Assembly: GCA_965238005.1 (NCBI GenBank) | Contig: OZ250165.1 | Coordinates: 2,400,001-2,464,000 of the forward strand | Direction: 5' to 3' | DNA length: 64,000 bases | DNA from: Longimicrobiales bacterium | GTDB taxonomy: Bacteria > Gemmatimonadota > Gemmatimonadetes > Longimicrobiales > Gaopeijiaceae | Shown here: in pieces, positions 10,307-19,933 of the stretch | Layout: each line of letters starts with the position of its first letter | Position numbering within the stretch: the stretch's first letter is position 1 | The notes under the pieces: model-generated | Told to the model about the DNA's origin: nothing | Database searches by the model: none | What the model saw: only the letters and a program-made list of their open reading frames with translations | Position numbers and translations under genes: made by a program

Positions 10307-11614
10307 ATGCCTCGAAGCCTTCTCTGCCTCACCGCCCTCGTCCTGCTCCTGCCGGGGGTCTCGACCGCCCAGGAAGCGCGGCGACGCTGGGAGAGGATGG
10401 CGCAGATCCGCCGGGACAAGTTTGACCTGGTCCTGCCGGAAGCCATGCGCGAGAACCAGATCGACATGTGGATCACAGTCATGAGGGAGGGTCACCTCGA
10501 TCCCCTCTACGAGGATCTCGGCCGGGGCTACGTGGGCTCTGTGGCTTACTACGTCTTCACGCACCGGGGGGGTGACCGGATCGAGAGGGTGGCCCTGGGC
10601 GTGGGCGGATATCTCCTGGAGCAGAACGGCGCCTATGACCTGGTCACGGGGAGCTACGACCTCCGCGAGTTCGTCCAGGAGCGGGATCCACACCGCATCG
10701 GCGTGAACATGTCCGACGCCATCGGCGCGGCGGACGGCCTGTCTCACACGTCGTACCAGGCCCTGGTGGAAACCCTCGGCGAGCCGCACGCGTCGCGCCT
10801 TGTTTCGGCCGAGAAGCTCGTCTCCGACTTCCGGTCGCGCCGCGTTGCGTCGGAGCTGGTGGCCTTCGGAGAAGCCGGCGAGATATCGAGAGAGATCGCC
10901 GAGCGCGCCTTCTCGAACGAGGTCATCACGCCGGGGGTCACGACTCTGGAGGACGTGGCCTGGTGGATGATGGACCGGCTCCTAGAGCGCGGTCTGGGCT
11001 CGTCCTTCGACATGCCGTCCGTGTACATCACGGGACCCACCGGAATCGAGGCCACGTCCAGCGACCGCATCATCCAGCGGGGAGACCTGATGATGGTCGA
11101 CTGGGGCGTCGGCTACCTCAACTTCTACACCGACATGAAGCGCACCGCCTACGTACTTCGCGAAGGCGAGACCGAGGCGCCCGCCGGATTCCAGAACGCA
11201 TTCGACCGGGCCGTTGAGGCCCGGGAGGTCATCAAGAGCACCATCCGGCCAGGCCTGACCGCCGCTGACAACTTCGAGTTCATCAAGGAGGCTCTGTCCG
11301 GGGCCGGATTCGGCGTGATGGAGACGTTCAATCAGCCGTCGGACTCGGATCTGACGGACCTCATCACCGGGAATCACTCGGTGGGCAATCTCGGGCACGG
11401 CGTCGGCCCGTCCATCGCCTGGTTCAACCCGGTAAGCATGACGTACGAAGTGAGACCGAGCAACCTGTTCTCCATCGAGCTGTTCGCCTACACGAGCGCC
11501 CCCGAGTGGGGCGGCGCCAAGGTGCGGATCCCCCTGGAGGACGACGCGGTGGTCACCGCGCGAGGCGTCGAGTGGCTATACCCGGTGAACGAAAGAATCC
11601 TGCTCATCAAGTGA
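10307..11614 (+). CDS. Exported M24 family (Xaa-Pro) aminopeptidase
   Basis: Signal peptide; D.G..YTD.KR, H, SIE and LEDD metal-ligand motifs. Confidence 0.85.
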   Translation: MPRSLLCLTALVLLLPGVSTAQEARRRWERMAQIRRDKFDLVLPEAMRENQIDMWITVMREGHLDPLYEDLGRGYVGSVAYYVFTHRGGDRIERVALGVGGYLLEQNGAYDLVTGSYDLREFVQERDPHRIGVNMSDAIGAADGLSHTSYQALVETLGEPHASRLVSAEKLVSDFRSRRVASELVAFGEAGEISREIAERAFSNEVITPGVTTLEDVAWWMMDRLLERGLGSSFDMPSVYITGPTGIEATSSDRIIQRGDLMMVDWGVGYLNFYTDMKRTAYVLREGETEAPAGFQNAFDRAVEAREVIKSTIRPGLTAADNFEFIKEALSGAGFGVMETFNQPSDSDLTDLITGNHSVGNLGHGVGPSIAWFNPVSMTYEVRPSNLFSIELFAYTSAPEWGGAKVRIPLEDDAVVTARGVEWLYPVNERILLIK

Positions 11615-11634
11615 GGAACGACATGAGGGATACC

Positions 11635-12555
11635 ATGAAGAAAATCTGGATCGGATCGACCGTCACGGCGGCGCTGCTCGCCCTCTCTGCTCTGACCCTC
11701 CAGCCGGGCGAGGGCTTAGCCCAGGACGGCTTGAAGATACACATCTCCGCTGATATGGAGGGAGTCGTGGGTGCGGTGACCAGCGCCCAGCTCGGGCCCA
11801 CCGGCTTCGAGTACCAGCGCTTCCGCGAGTTCATGACGAACGAGGTGAATGCGGCGATCGCCGCCGCCCGGGCCGGCGGCGCCACGGAGATCGTGGTGGC
11901 GGACTCTCACGGGAACGGCCAGAATCTCCTCATGGACCGGCTGCCCAGCGACATCACGCTGGTCCGCTCGTGGCCGCGGCGGCTGGGGATGATGCAGGGC
12001 ATCGACGAGACCTTCGACGCCGCCATCTTCCTCGGCTACCACTCGAGCACCACCAACCCGCGCGGCGTCCGGGCGCACACCATGTCCAGCGCTAACCTGG
12101 CGGCGGTGAAGCTCAACGGGATCGAGATGCCCGAGGCCGGCATCAACGCGGCCATCGCAGGACACTTCGGTGTGCCCATCGTCATGATCTCGGGGGACGA
12201 CGCCATCGTCGAAGAGGCTCAAGGGCTCATCGGTGACATCGAGGGCGCTGTCGTGAAGTGGAGCTATGGCTTCCACTCCGCCCGGACCCTCATGCCGGAA
12301 GCGGCCTACACCCTTATCGGCGAGAGGGTCACCCAGGGTCTTCAGCGCCTCGACGGGTTCGAGCCGTATCGCCTGGAGGGTCCCATCGAGGTCGAGATCA
12401 CCTTCAAGAGCCACATGCCGGCCGAGGTGCTGAGCTACCTGCCAACCGTGGAGCGCCTGAACGCCCACACGGTCGGGTTCGTGGGGCAGGACATGGTGGA
12501 GGTGGCCACGTTCCTCCAGTTCATGTCCCATTACAACATCTCGCTGACGCCGTAG
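11635..12555 (+). CDS. M55 D-aminopeptidase (DppA family), exported
   Basis: ISADMEG, DSHG, GYHS, AHT motifs; signal peptide. Confidence 0.9.
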   Translation: MKKIWIGSTVTAALLALSALTLQPGEGLAQDGLKIHISADMEGVVGAVTSAQLGPTGFEYQRFREFMTNEVNAAIAAARAGGATEIVVADSHGNGQNLLMDRLPSDITLVRSWPRRLGMMQGIDETFDAAIFLGYHSSTTNPRGVRAHTMSSANLAAVKLNGIEMPEAGINAAIAGHFGVPIVMISGDDAIVEEAQGLIGDIEGAVVKWSYGFHSARTLMPEAAYTLIGERVTQGLQRLDGFEPYRLEGPIEVEITFKSHMPAEVLSYLPTVERLNAHTVGFVGQDMVEVATFLQFMSHYNISLTP

Positions 12556-12619
12556 GGAACCTCGACTCGCCACGAACCCCCTCGACCACCAGGAGCCGCC
12601 TACCAGAGGTGGTGGGCTC

Positions 12620-12791
12620 CTAGTGTTCCGTTTCCGAAGTTCGCGAGCCACCAAGAGGGTCGGGGCGCCGTGGGATCAAGGCGGGACGACGCGGCGTAGC
12701 GTTAGCGGGCACCGCGCGAAGCGTGGTCGCAAGGAGTCCCAACGCCGAGCCCATGGATGCACCGTGCCCTCGACTGGCCGAGACACTTTGG
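12620..12791 (+). mobile_element. MITE family B, right end truncated
   Basis: Begins CTAGTGTTCCGTTTCCGAAGTTCGCGAGCCACC; closely similar to 46911-47097 but stops within the right TIR. Confidence 0.85.
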
Positions 12792-12998
12792 TTTGACCGG
12801 ACAAGTAACGGGGCCCCAGGTACTCGCGTACGAACTGATCGTGGCCACGAGCTTCTTCGGCGGTTCCGAGCTAATGGGTGGTCCCCGCCACCATCCAGGT
12901 GACGTTGTCGGCGACGGCCAGGAGGTCCGTGACGTCGTGACCCGTTACGACGACGGCGCTTCCCTGCCCGGCTAGTTTAGCCGATCACCCGCCGGGCC

Positions 12999-13304
12999 TC
13001 AGCGTTCCTCCGGGAGATCCTCCTGGAGATTCACGTGGGCCTCCGCTTCCCCAGGTGGATCTGCCGCCACGTCGGTCAACATCCCGGAGTTGGCGAGGAC
13101 CCCCCGGGCACGCTGCTCGTCTTCCACCCGGACCACCAGTCGGGCCGGATTCACGAAAGCCAAGCCGACGTCCATTCCGCCCGCGTCGTCGATGAGGAGG
13201 GCTGTGGGAATCCCGGCGCCCTCCAGGTAGCCGCGTGCGAGCTCCGCCTCGTGGCGGTAGTGGAAGCGGGCCACCACCGTGGTGGGAATGCGGGCCCGGC
13301 TCAC
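12999..13304 (-). CDS. DUF2007-like putative signal-transducing protein
   Basis: EAELARGYLEGAGIP...RLVVR.ED.QRA pattern. Confidence 0.7.
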   Translation of the reverse strand: MSRARIPTTVVARFHYRHEAELARGYLEGAGIPTALLIDDAGGMDVGLAFVNPARLVVRVEDEQRARGVLANSGMLTDVAADPPGEAEAHVNLQEDLPEER

Positions 13305-13359
13305 TGGATCAACCCCGCGTTCTCGATCAATGCCGTCCTCACCATTCCCAGCCTCTCCT

Positions 13360-14478
13360 CTAACCCGGAAAAAGAGACCGATCGATGGCAGGCACCAGCC
13401 GGACGGCGTTCTCGTAGTAGATCTTCCTGAGCACCTCGTCGGGAAGGTCGAGGCCGTACATCTGCCAGAAGGCGTGATACCGCCGGTAGTAGTCGAAGTA
13501 TTCGTCGGCCGTTTCGAAGACCCGGAAATAGGTGTAGAACTCCTCCTGGTTGTAGGAGTCCTTCCCCATCAGCACGCGGTCCTGGTACTTGTCGAGCCAC
13601 TTGGCGGCGAAGCGGGGCTGTCTTCCCAGCTCGTAGATCACGGCTCCCAGCCCGACGTTCATGTTGGGGAGCTCGTCGAAGAGCTCTCCCAGACGGCCCA
13701 GGTCGTGACCGAGCCAGCCCATGTGCGCGGCGATAAAGGTGGTGTTCGGGTGCCGCCGGAAGAGGTTGTGCTGCTCTCCGATGATCTGCTCGAACGGCGC
13801 GCTCTTCCCTGGAGGCTGAATCCGACCCGGGCGAAGCTTGAGCTCCAGCCAGCGCTCGTTGAAGCGATCGAAGGGCTGCCAGAACTCGGCGGGATCGGCG
13901 GAGTGGATCAGCACCGTAATCCCGAGCTCACCGGCCTTGTCCCAGACCGGCGCCAAGCGTGGATCGTCCACGGGGATCCTCTGCCCGTCGGTATCGAGGG
14001 CCGAGAACCCCAGGTTCTTGAAGATCTTGAGTCCCGCGGCCCCGTTGCGAACGTCCTCCTCGAGCTGGGCCGCCGCTCGCTGGCCCCAACCGGGCTCTCC
14101 CACACCCTGGAAGTTCAGGTTGGCGAAGAACACGAAGCGGCCGGCATGGCCGCGTGTCATGTTTTCCAGGCCCGACACCAAGGCGTCCCCACTCCCGCCC
14201 GAGAGGTTTACCATGACCGCCATGTTGAGCTCGTCCATCTCGCCCACGAGCCGGTTCACGTCGGCGGCCGACATGCGTGTGGCTCTTTGATGACCGTGGA
14301 TGTCGACGAACGGGAAACGGGCTCGTGTCAGGGGGTGCTCGGAGACGACGAGGGTCTTTCGGGGGGTGTACTCCTCGACGGTCATCTCTTGAGCCCGCAC
14401 TTGGGAAAGCTCCCAGAGCACAGGCATTGAGGAGAGGGCAAGGGCAACACCCGCCAGAAAGGACGTGTTGAGACGCAT
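13360..14478 (-). CDS. Exported amidohydrolase family protein
   Basis: DIHGH, GLK, LIH, AHMG, GKD motifs; signal peptide. Confidence 0.88.
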   Translation of the reverse strand: MRLNTSFLAGVALALSSMPVLWELSQVRAQEMTVEEYTPRKTLVVSEHPLTRARFPFVDIHGHQRATRMSAADVNRLVGEMDELNMAVMVNLSGGSGDALVSGLENMTRGHAGRFVFFANLNFQGVGEPGWGQRAAAQLEEDVRNGAAGLKIFKNLGFSALDTDGQRIPVDDPRLAPVWDKAGELGITVLIHSADPAEFWQPFDRFNERWLELKLRPGRIQPPGKSAPFEQIIGEQHNLFRRHPNTTFIAAHMGWLGHDLGRLGELFDELPNMNVGLGAVIYELGRQPRFAAKWLDKYQDRVLMGKDSYNQEEFYTYFRVFETADEYFDYYRRYHAFWQMYGLDLPDEVLRKIYYENAVRLVPAIDRSLFPG

Positions 14479-14669
14479 TCGTCACGCTCCACCATCAGAC
14501 TTCGTAAATGGTCGGCCCCGCCCGTCGCAGCCGCCCTTGTGTTCCATTTCCACACTGGGACCCCGGACATACCCCGACGGTTTCTTCGCGAGCCCTGTTG
14601 AGATCCGCCGGCGACTCCCGGCCCTGCCATGACGAGGAGCGGCCGATCCCGATACCCCCACACCTGAGC

Positions 14670-15569
14670 TCAGGGGAGGGCCATATCACCATCCCACACA
14701 AGGTGGTGGATCCCGTTCCCCCCCGAGCGCTTCACCGCGTACATGGCCTCATCGGCGACGCGCAAGGCGTCGCGGCTCGTCTCCACCGACACCTCGAACG
14801 TCACGACCCCGATGCTGAACGTCACTGGCCATCCGCCCTTCTTCATGGACTCGACCAGGTTATCCTGGAGCTTTTGCAGGACGGACCCCGCCGATCCCAC
14901 GGTCGTTTCCGGGAGGAGGGCGGCGAACTCGTCTCCCCCGAGACGGCCGAGGACGTCTGTCTGCCGCGTGCTGGATCGCAGCGTATCCGCGACCCTGCTC
15001 AGCAGCTCGTCCCCGGCGTCGTGCCCCTCCAGGTCGTTGACCGCCTTGAAGTGATCCAGGTCGATGTAGGCCAGGGTGAAGGCTCGTCCGTACCTGGAAG
15101 ACCGGGCCAGCTCGGCGTCGAGCCTTGCGATGAAGGATCCGCGGTTCATCAGCTTCGTGAGCGTGTCCGTCGCGGCGAAGCTGGCCTCCTCCTTCAGGCG
15201 TGTGGTGAGGGTAGCGGTGAGCCCCCCCACCAGCAGTAGCATGAGGGCCACGGACGCGACGTTCCAGAGGATCGGCCCTGGATCAACCGCTCCATCGGCG
15301 AGAAGCGGCACACCAGTGAGGGTGAGGGCGGCCAGCACGGCAAGGGCGTAGGCGACGCCCGGACGGGCCAGCCATGCTACCAGGGCGACAGGTCCCGCAT
15401 ACAAAGGAAGAAGCGAGAGCGTCGGGCCCAAGAGCAGGTCCAAGACGGCAATGACGACGAGGAGCCCAACGCCTGCCTGCCCGACCCTTCGTTGTGGCCA
15501 CCCCTCGAGGGACTCCCGGACTCGACTCCTCAGATCCTCGGGGGGGCCTAGAGGTTGTCTCTCAACCAC
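14670..15569 (-). CDS. Membrane-anchored diguanylate cyclase
   Basis: TM region, then D.LT.L.NR, DLDHFK.VND..GH..GD, RLGGDEF, ADEAMY.VK. Confidence 0.92.
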   Translation of the reverse strand: MVERQPLGPPEDLRSRVRESLEGWPQRRVGQAGVGLLVVIAVLDLLLGPTLSLLPLYAGPVALVAWLARPGVAYALAVLAALTLTGVPLLADGAVDPGPILWNVASVALMLLLVGGLTATLTTRLKEEASFAATDTLTKLMNRGSFIARLDAELARSSRYGRAFTLAYIDLDHFKAVNDLEGHDAGDELLSRVADTLRSSTRQTDVLGRLGGDEFAALLPETTVGSAGSVLQKLQDNLVESMKKGGWPVTFSIGVVTFEVSVETSRDALRVADEAMYAVKRSGGNGIHHLVWDGDMALP

Positions 15570-15598
15570 TGGTTCTCACGATGATGTTCTGCAAGATC

Positions 15599-16093
15599 CT
15601 ACTGAGGTTGGACGTTCGTCAGCCCGGCCATCTCTCGGGCCAGAAGGTGGACCTCCGTGAGCTTCCACTGAGCCCGGATGCAAAGTACAGCAAGCAGGAT
15701 CAGTGCCAACGTCGCGGCCAACCCTCCGGCGCCCAGCTCGCCCGCCGTTTGGACCAGCTGTTGGCCCCGCGTCACGATGAGGTAGCCCCCGAAGAGATAG
15801 GGGACGAAGCTCCCCACGGAGATCAGGTCGGCCCAAGGGCTCCTCTTGTCCATCACCCGCTGCACGGCCTCGGTGCCATACGCCAGCATGGAGCCGGCCG
15901 ACACCAGGGCCCCGACGAAGACGAGGAGATAGTCGGCGCTGCCGAGGCCGAACCTCATGCTCTGGATCAGCCCGTAGGCGGCGAGCACCGCCAGGGGAGG
16001 AAGCGCCCGTCCGATCCTGGCGACCGTTAGACGCTCAACGGCCGCAGCGACTTCGGAGCCGGCCGAGCTCATCTCTGATGCAGGATTGTCCAT
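15599..16093 (-). CDS. Hypothetical membrane protein
   Basis: About four hydrophobic segments; start uncertain. Confidence 0.65.
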   Translation of the reverse strand: MDNPASEMSSAGSEVAAAVERLTVARIGRALPPLAVLAAYGLIQSMRFGLGSADYLLVFVGALVSAGSMLAYGTEAVQRVMDKRSPWADLISVGSFVPYLFGGYLIVTRGQQLVQTAGELGAGGLAATLALILLAVLCIRAQWKLTEVHLLAREMAGLTNVQPQ

Positions 16094-16285
16094 CCCGAAT
16101 GATGATCCGTCGCACAAGCGGGCGCCAGAGAAGCTTCTTGGGTGAGGGAGCATGCACATCCCGTCAGGGAACGGATCGGCCATCCCGGGGGTCTTGGAGC
16201 GGGAGGGTTCGACGACGCCAACGCGTGTCGTCATAGCGTTGAGGATGGGTGGTAGAATCGTGGGCCCCTTAAGGACTCACGTTGG

Positions 16286-17395
16286 TTGGGGGAATCTTTG
16301 CTCACACGCTGCGTCTTCTGTCACGCGCCCTTCCCCGACAACGGGGTCTTCGGGCGCCTGCCTCCCGGGCGCCGCCTGGCGTTCGATCCCGGACGAGGCC
16401 GTCTCTGGGTCGTCTGTGAAGGCTGTTACCGCTGGAACCTCTGCCCCATCGAAAAGCGATGGGAAGCCCTCCACCAGCTCGAGCGGATGGTTCGCGACAA
16501 GTCGCGACTGGTCGCCGAGACGGACAACATCGTCCTGCTGTCGGCTGATGAGCTGTTCCTGATCCGGGTGGGCAAGGCCGGATTGGCCGAGCAGGCCTGG
16601 TGGAGATACGGCCGGGAGCTGAACGCGCGTCGCACCCGCTTCCAGAGCACCCGCTCCCAGATCACCGCCTACACGTTCGGGGCCATGGCATACCTCTCGG
16701 ACATGGTGGGGCTGGGAGACGAGGACCTGAATATCGGCTGGGATGACGCTCCTGCCGTGGACATCCTCCGCTGGCGCCGGTTCGGCTGGGCGGCCTGGCA
16801 CGGCAGCATCGACTGCCCCTACTGCAACAGCTCCCTGAAGGCCCTCCGCTACGACCTCTCCTGGTGGGTCTACCCGAATATCGATCCGGAGTCGGGAAAC
16901 ACGACGGTCGGGGTGCCTTGCCCCCGGTGCGACCCGTGGACGCCCGAGAAGGTTTATGCCATCGGCGGCCCCGAGGCGCAGAATGTACTCCGTCGTGTGC
17001 TGGCGTACCAGCACATCGCGGGCGCGGGAGAGGCCACCATCAAGGACGCGGCTCACATCATCGAGAGCGAGGGGTCCCCCGAGGCCTTCGAGATGCGGGT
17101 CAACAGGGAGAGGAAGTCGCTGTGGGGAATGGGCAAGACTAAATCCATCGCCCTGGAGATCGCGCTCAACGACAGTGTGGAGAGACGCATGATGGAGCTC
17201 GAGCTAAAGGCGCTCGAGTTCATGTGGAAGCGCGAGGAGGAGCTGGCTCGAATCATCGACGAGGAGCTGACCCCGGAGGACGTCCGCGACCGGCACATGC
17301 AACGCCTTCCGGTGACCGTCGTGGCCAAGGGGCGCACCTCCGAGGAGGTGGGCACACTTCTCAAGGGCTCCGGAGGCGACGCGACGCGGGACTGA
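16286..17395 (+). CDS. Hypothetical protein with four CxxC pairs and C-terminal coiled coil
   Basis: CVFC, CEGC, CPYC, CPRC; codon usage fits the genome; start uncertain. Confidence 0.8.
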   Translation: MGESLLTRCVFCHAPFPDNGVFGRLPPGRRLAFDPGRGRLWVVCEGCYRWNLCPIEKRWEALHQLERMVRDKSRLVAETDNIVLLSADELFLIRVGKAGLAEQAWWRYGRELNARRTRFQSTRSQITAYTFGAMAYLSDMVGLGDEDLNIGWDDAPAVDILRWRRFGWAAWHGSIDCPYCNSSLKALRYDLSWWVYPNIDPESGNTTVGVPCPRCDPWTPEKVYAIGGPEAQNVLRRVLAYQHIAGAGEATIKDAAHIIESEGSPEAFEMRVNRERKSLWGMGKTKSIALEIALNDSVERRMMELELKALEFMWKREEELARIIDEELTPEDVRDRHMQRLPVTVVAKGRTSEEVGTLLKGSGGDATRD

Positions 17396-17445
17396 CCAGG
17401 GCCGAGCTCGCCGGCCAAGGGGGAACGGACTGATCATTCAGCGCG

Positions 17446-18717
17446 CTACGGATCGGTCGGTGATCCGTCGAGCAGACCCTCCAACGGCAGCTCCTCTGCC
17501 CCGTTCTCCGTGCAGATGGCGTAGTTGCTCTCACGAGCCCCGTACATGGCCACGCCGGCGTACTCCCCCTTCTTGTTGAGGATGAAGAAGCGCACGTCGA
17601 AGGCCGGTAGGCCGCGGATGTTCAAGAGCCGCTCTTCGACCGTGTTCTCCTGGATGCGCCTCAGAGCCACCATGCCTGCGTCCTTGGGTCCCATCCCCCT
17701 CCTCATGCTCTCCACGATCAGGAAGGACGCCAAATTGAACAGGTTGGCCTCACCGCGTCCTGTGGATCCGGCGGCCCCGACGTTGCCGTCCACGTAGAGC
17801 CCGGCGCCGAGGATGGGTGAGTCGCCGACCCGCCCCGGAATCTTCCACGAAAGGCCCGACGTCGTCGTGACCCCACAGATCTCGCCCTGGGGTGAGATCC
17901 CGTTCGAGTTGGTGGTACCCCAGAAGCTGTCCTGGGAGATGAGTCCCTCACAGACCATCTGCAGCCCGGCCTCGTAGAAGGCGCGAGAGCGGGCCCTCTC
18001 TTCCTCCGGCGACCAGCCGGGTCCGTCGGACCGGGTTCCGCCCTCGGACTCGGATCCTCCCGCGGCCCCACCTCCACCTCCGGCCCCTCCACCGCGTGAG
18101 CGCCGCTGGGTGGGGTCCAGGAAGTGCGACGGATCGACACGGCGCTTCCAGTTCAGCCACAGGGACCGGGACTTCTCAGTATTCAAGTCGTCCTCCACGG
18201 TAAACCCGATCTGCCGTGCGAACTGCCGCGCTCCGTGCCCTGCCAGGAGGTGGTGATCCGTCAGCTCCATCACCGCCTTGGCCACCATGGACGGGGTACG
18301 GACGCCCTCCAGCGCTGCCACGCCGCCGGCCCATTTCTTGGGCCCATGCATGCAGCAGGAGTCCAACTGCACCACGCCGTCGGCGTTCGGGAGCCCCCCG
18401 TATCCGATGCGGGACTCCTCGGGGTCGAGCTCCGGGATGTTGACCCCGGCGATGAGCGCGTCCAGCACGTCCTCACCTCGGGTGATCCCATCGAAGGCCC
18501 TCTCGACGCTGCTCTGCGGGCCACCATTCCGGTATCGGATGCCGCTGACGTCGGAGACGACCACGGGACGGATGAGCTGGGGTATGTGGACGAACGGGGC
18601 CTCGACCCCAGATTGGGGCTGGCTCGTCTCTTGGGCGGCAGCCGGTGCGGCCGCGCCGGCCGCTATCCCGAGGGTCGCCGTCTGGACGAACTGACGACGG
18701 TTCATGCGCTCAGACAT
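17446..18717 (-). CDS. Tat-exported glycosylasparaginase/isoaspartyl peptidase (Ntn hydrolase)
   Basis: MNRRQF Tat motif; GYGGLPN, GT nucleophile site, TTSGL, GRVGDSPI.GAG. Confidence 0.9.
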   Translation of the reverse strand: MSERMNRRQFVQTATLGIAAGAAAPAAAQETSQPQSGVEAPFVHIPQLIRPVVVSDVSGIRYRNGGPQSSVERAFDGITRGEDVLDALIAGVNIPELDPEESRIGYGGLPNADGVVQLDSCCMHGPKKWAGGVAALEGVRTPSMVAKAVMELTDHHLLAGHGARQFARQIGFTVEDDLNTEKSRSLWLNWKRRVDPSHFLDPTQRRSRGGGAGGGGGAAGGSESEGGTRSDGPGWSPEEERARSRAFYEAGLQMVCEGLISQDSFWGTTNSNGISPQGEICGVTTTSGLSWKIPGRVGDSPILGAGLYVDGNVGAAGSTGRGEANLFNLASFLIVESMRRGMGPKDAGMVALRRIQENTVEERLLNIRGLPAFDVRFFILNKKGEYAGVAMYGARESNYAICTENGAEELPLEGLLDGSPTDP

Positions 18718-19441
18718 CCTGGTGCTCTCCATCTGCCTGTGGTGTAGGGCTCGAGAGTCGGCGTGCCCGCTCCCAGACCGCGTCGAACATCGGCTCCGTG
18801 AGCTTTCCGGTAAAGGTGTTTTGCTGGCTCGGATGGTACGAGCCCAGCACCGTGGTGTCACCGAGGCTCACCTCCACGCCGTGAGTGAACCTGGGCCGGG
18901 GACGCGGGACGGGCAGGCCGCGAGCCCCGAGGAGGCGTAGCACCTGGTTGAAGGCGAATCCGCCCAGGGTCACGATCACCCTTGCGGCGCCGAGGACGTC
19001 CAGCTCCCGCTCCAGAAAGGGGCGACAGGAGTCACGCTCGTCCGGCGTCGGGCGGTTGTCCGGCGGCGCGCAGCGTACGGCGGCGGTGATGTACGCCCCC
19101 GACAGGGTTAGGCCGTCGTCGGCCGTGCGACCCTCGGGTTGGCTGGCGAAGCCGGCCCGGTGGAGAGCCCGATACAGCCAATCTCCCGAGCGGTCCCCGG
19201 TGAACATCCGACCCGTTCGATTGGCGCCGTGTGCCCCCGGTGCCAGCCCCACGATGAGGACTCCGGCCTCGGGATCGCCGAAGGACGGCACGGGGCGGCC
19301 CCAATACTCCTCATCCGCGTAGGCTGCCCGCTTGTCTCTGGCCACCTCATGGCACCACCGGATGAGACGGGGGCACCGGGTGCACGCGACAACCTCTGCG
19401 TTGAGCGCTTCGAGGCGGGCACTGTTCTCCCGCTCGGTCAC
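18710..19441 (-). CDS. Uracil-DNA glycosylase, family 5 (UdgB-like)
   Basis: C.RCPRL, GLAPGAHGANRTGRMFTGDRSG, YHPSQQNT. Confidence 0.92.
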   Translation of the reverse strand: MTERENSARLEALNAEVVACTRCPRLIRWCHEVARDKRAAYADEEYWGRPVPSFGDPEAGVLIVGLAPGAHGANRTGRMFTGDRSGDWLYRALHRAGFASQPEGRTADDGLTLSGAYITAAVRCAPPDNRPTPDERDSCRPFLERELDVLGAARVIVTLGGFAFNQVLRLLGARGLPVPRPRPRFTHGVEVSLGDTTVLGSYHPSQQNTFTGKLTEPMFDAVWERARRLSSPTPQADGEHQDV

Positions 19442-19678
19442 GCCCTGCTGGGGGTCAGGGGATCGAAAGTCATCAGGCCATCCGCTCCCACATCCCCGGC
19501 GACGTCAGTGACCGTGTCCCTCTTCGGCATCCCCTCGGAAGGAGAACAATGCTTCATTGATGCTCTCGGGTCTCGAGCTCGTCTTGTCTGTCCGCAAACT
19601 AGCACAAGCCCCTTGTGCTCGCTTGGTGCCGCCGAGCAGCTTGGGTTGTCGTACGAAACAGCGGGGTGGGGTAAATGC

Positions 19679-19918
19679 ATGGCTCACTTCGCAGGCGTGT
19701 CGAGCAAGGTGCTGGGAGATGCCACCATCTCGTTCCTGGCGGACGGGGGAGGCCGCACCAAGCCCACCGCCTCCTTCCCCGCCTCCGACGACGAGGGATG
19801 GGGGCGACACCGGGATGCCCTGAGCGACTCGGGCGAGCTCGTGACCAGCATCGGCGGTTTTCTCATCGAGCTCCCCGAGGGATGGGAGGACGGTGCCCGA
19901 CGCTGGAGACCCTTCTAG
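19679..19918 (+). CDS. Small hypothetical protein
   Basis: 79-aa ORF filling an otherwise empty gap; no recognised motif. Confidence 0.4.
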   Translation: MAHFAGVSSKVLGDATISFLADGGGRTKPTASFPASDDEGWGRHRDALSDSGELVTSIGGFLIELPEGWEDGARRWRPF

Positions 19919-19933
19919 GCCACGGCCCTACGG

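Noticed and set aside
12757..12975. 72-aa ORF after the MITE
   Set aside because: Starts inside the MITE; the remainder may be an unidentifiable gene fragment.
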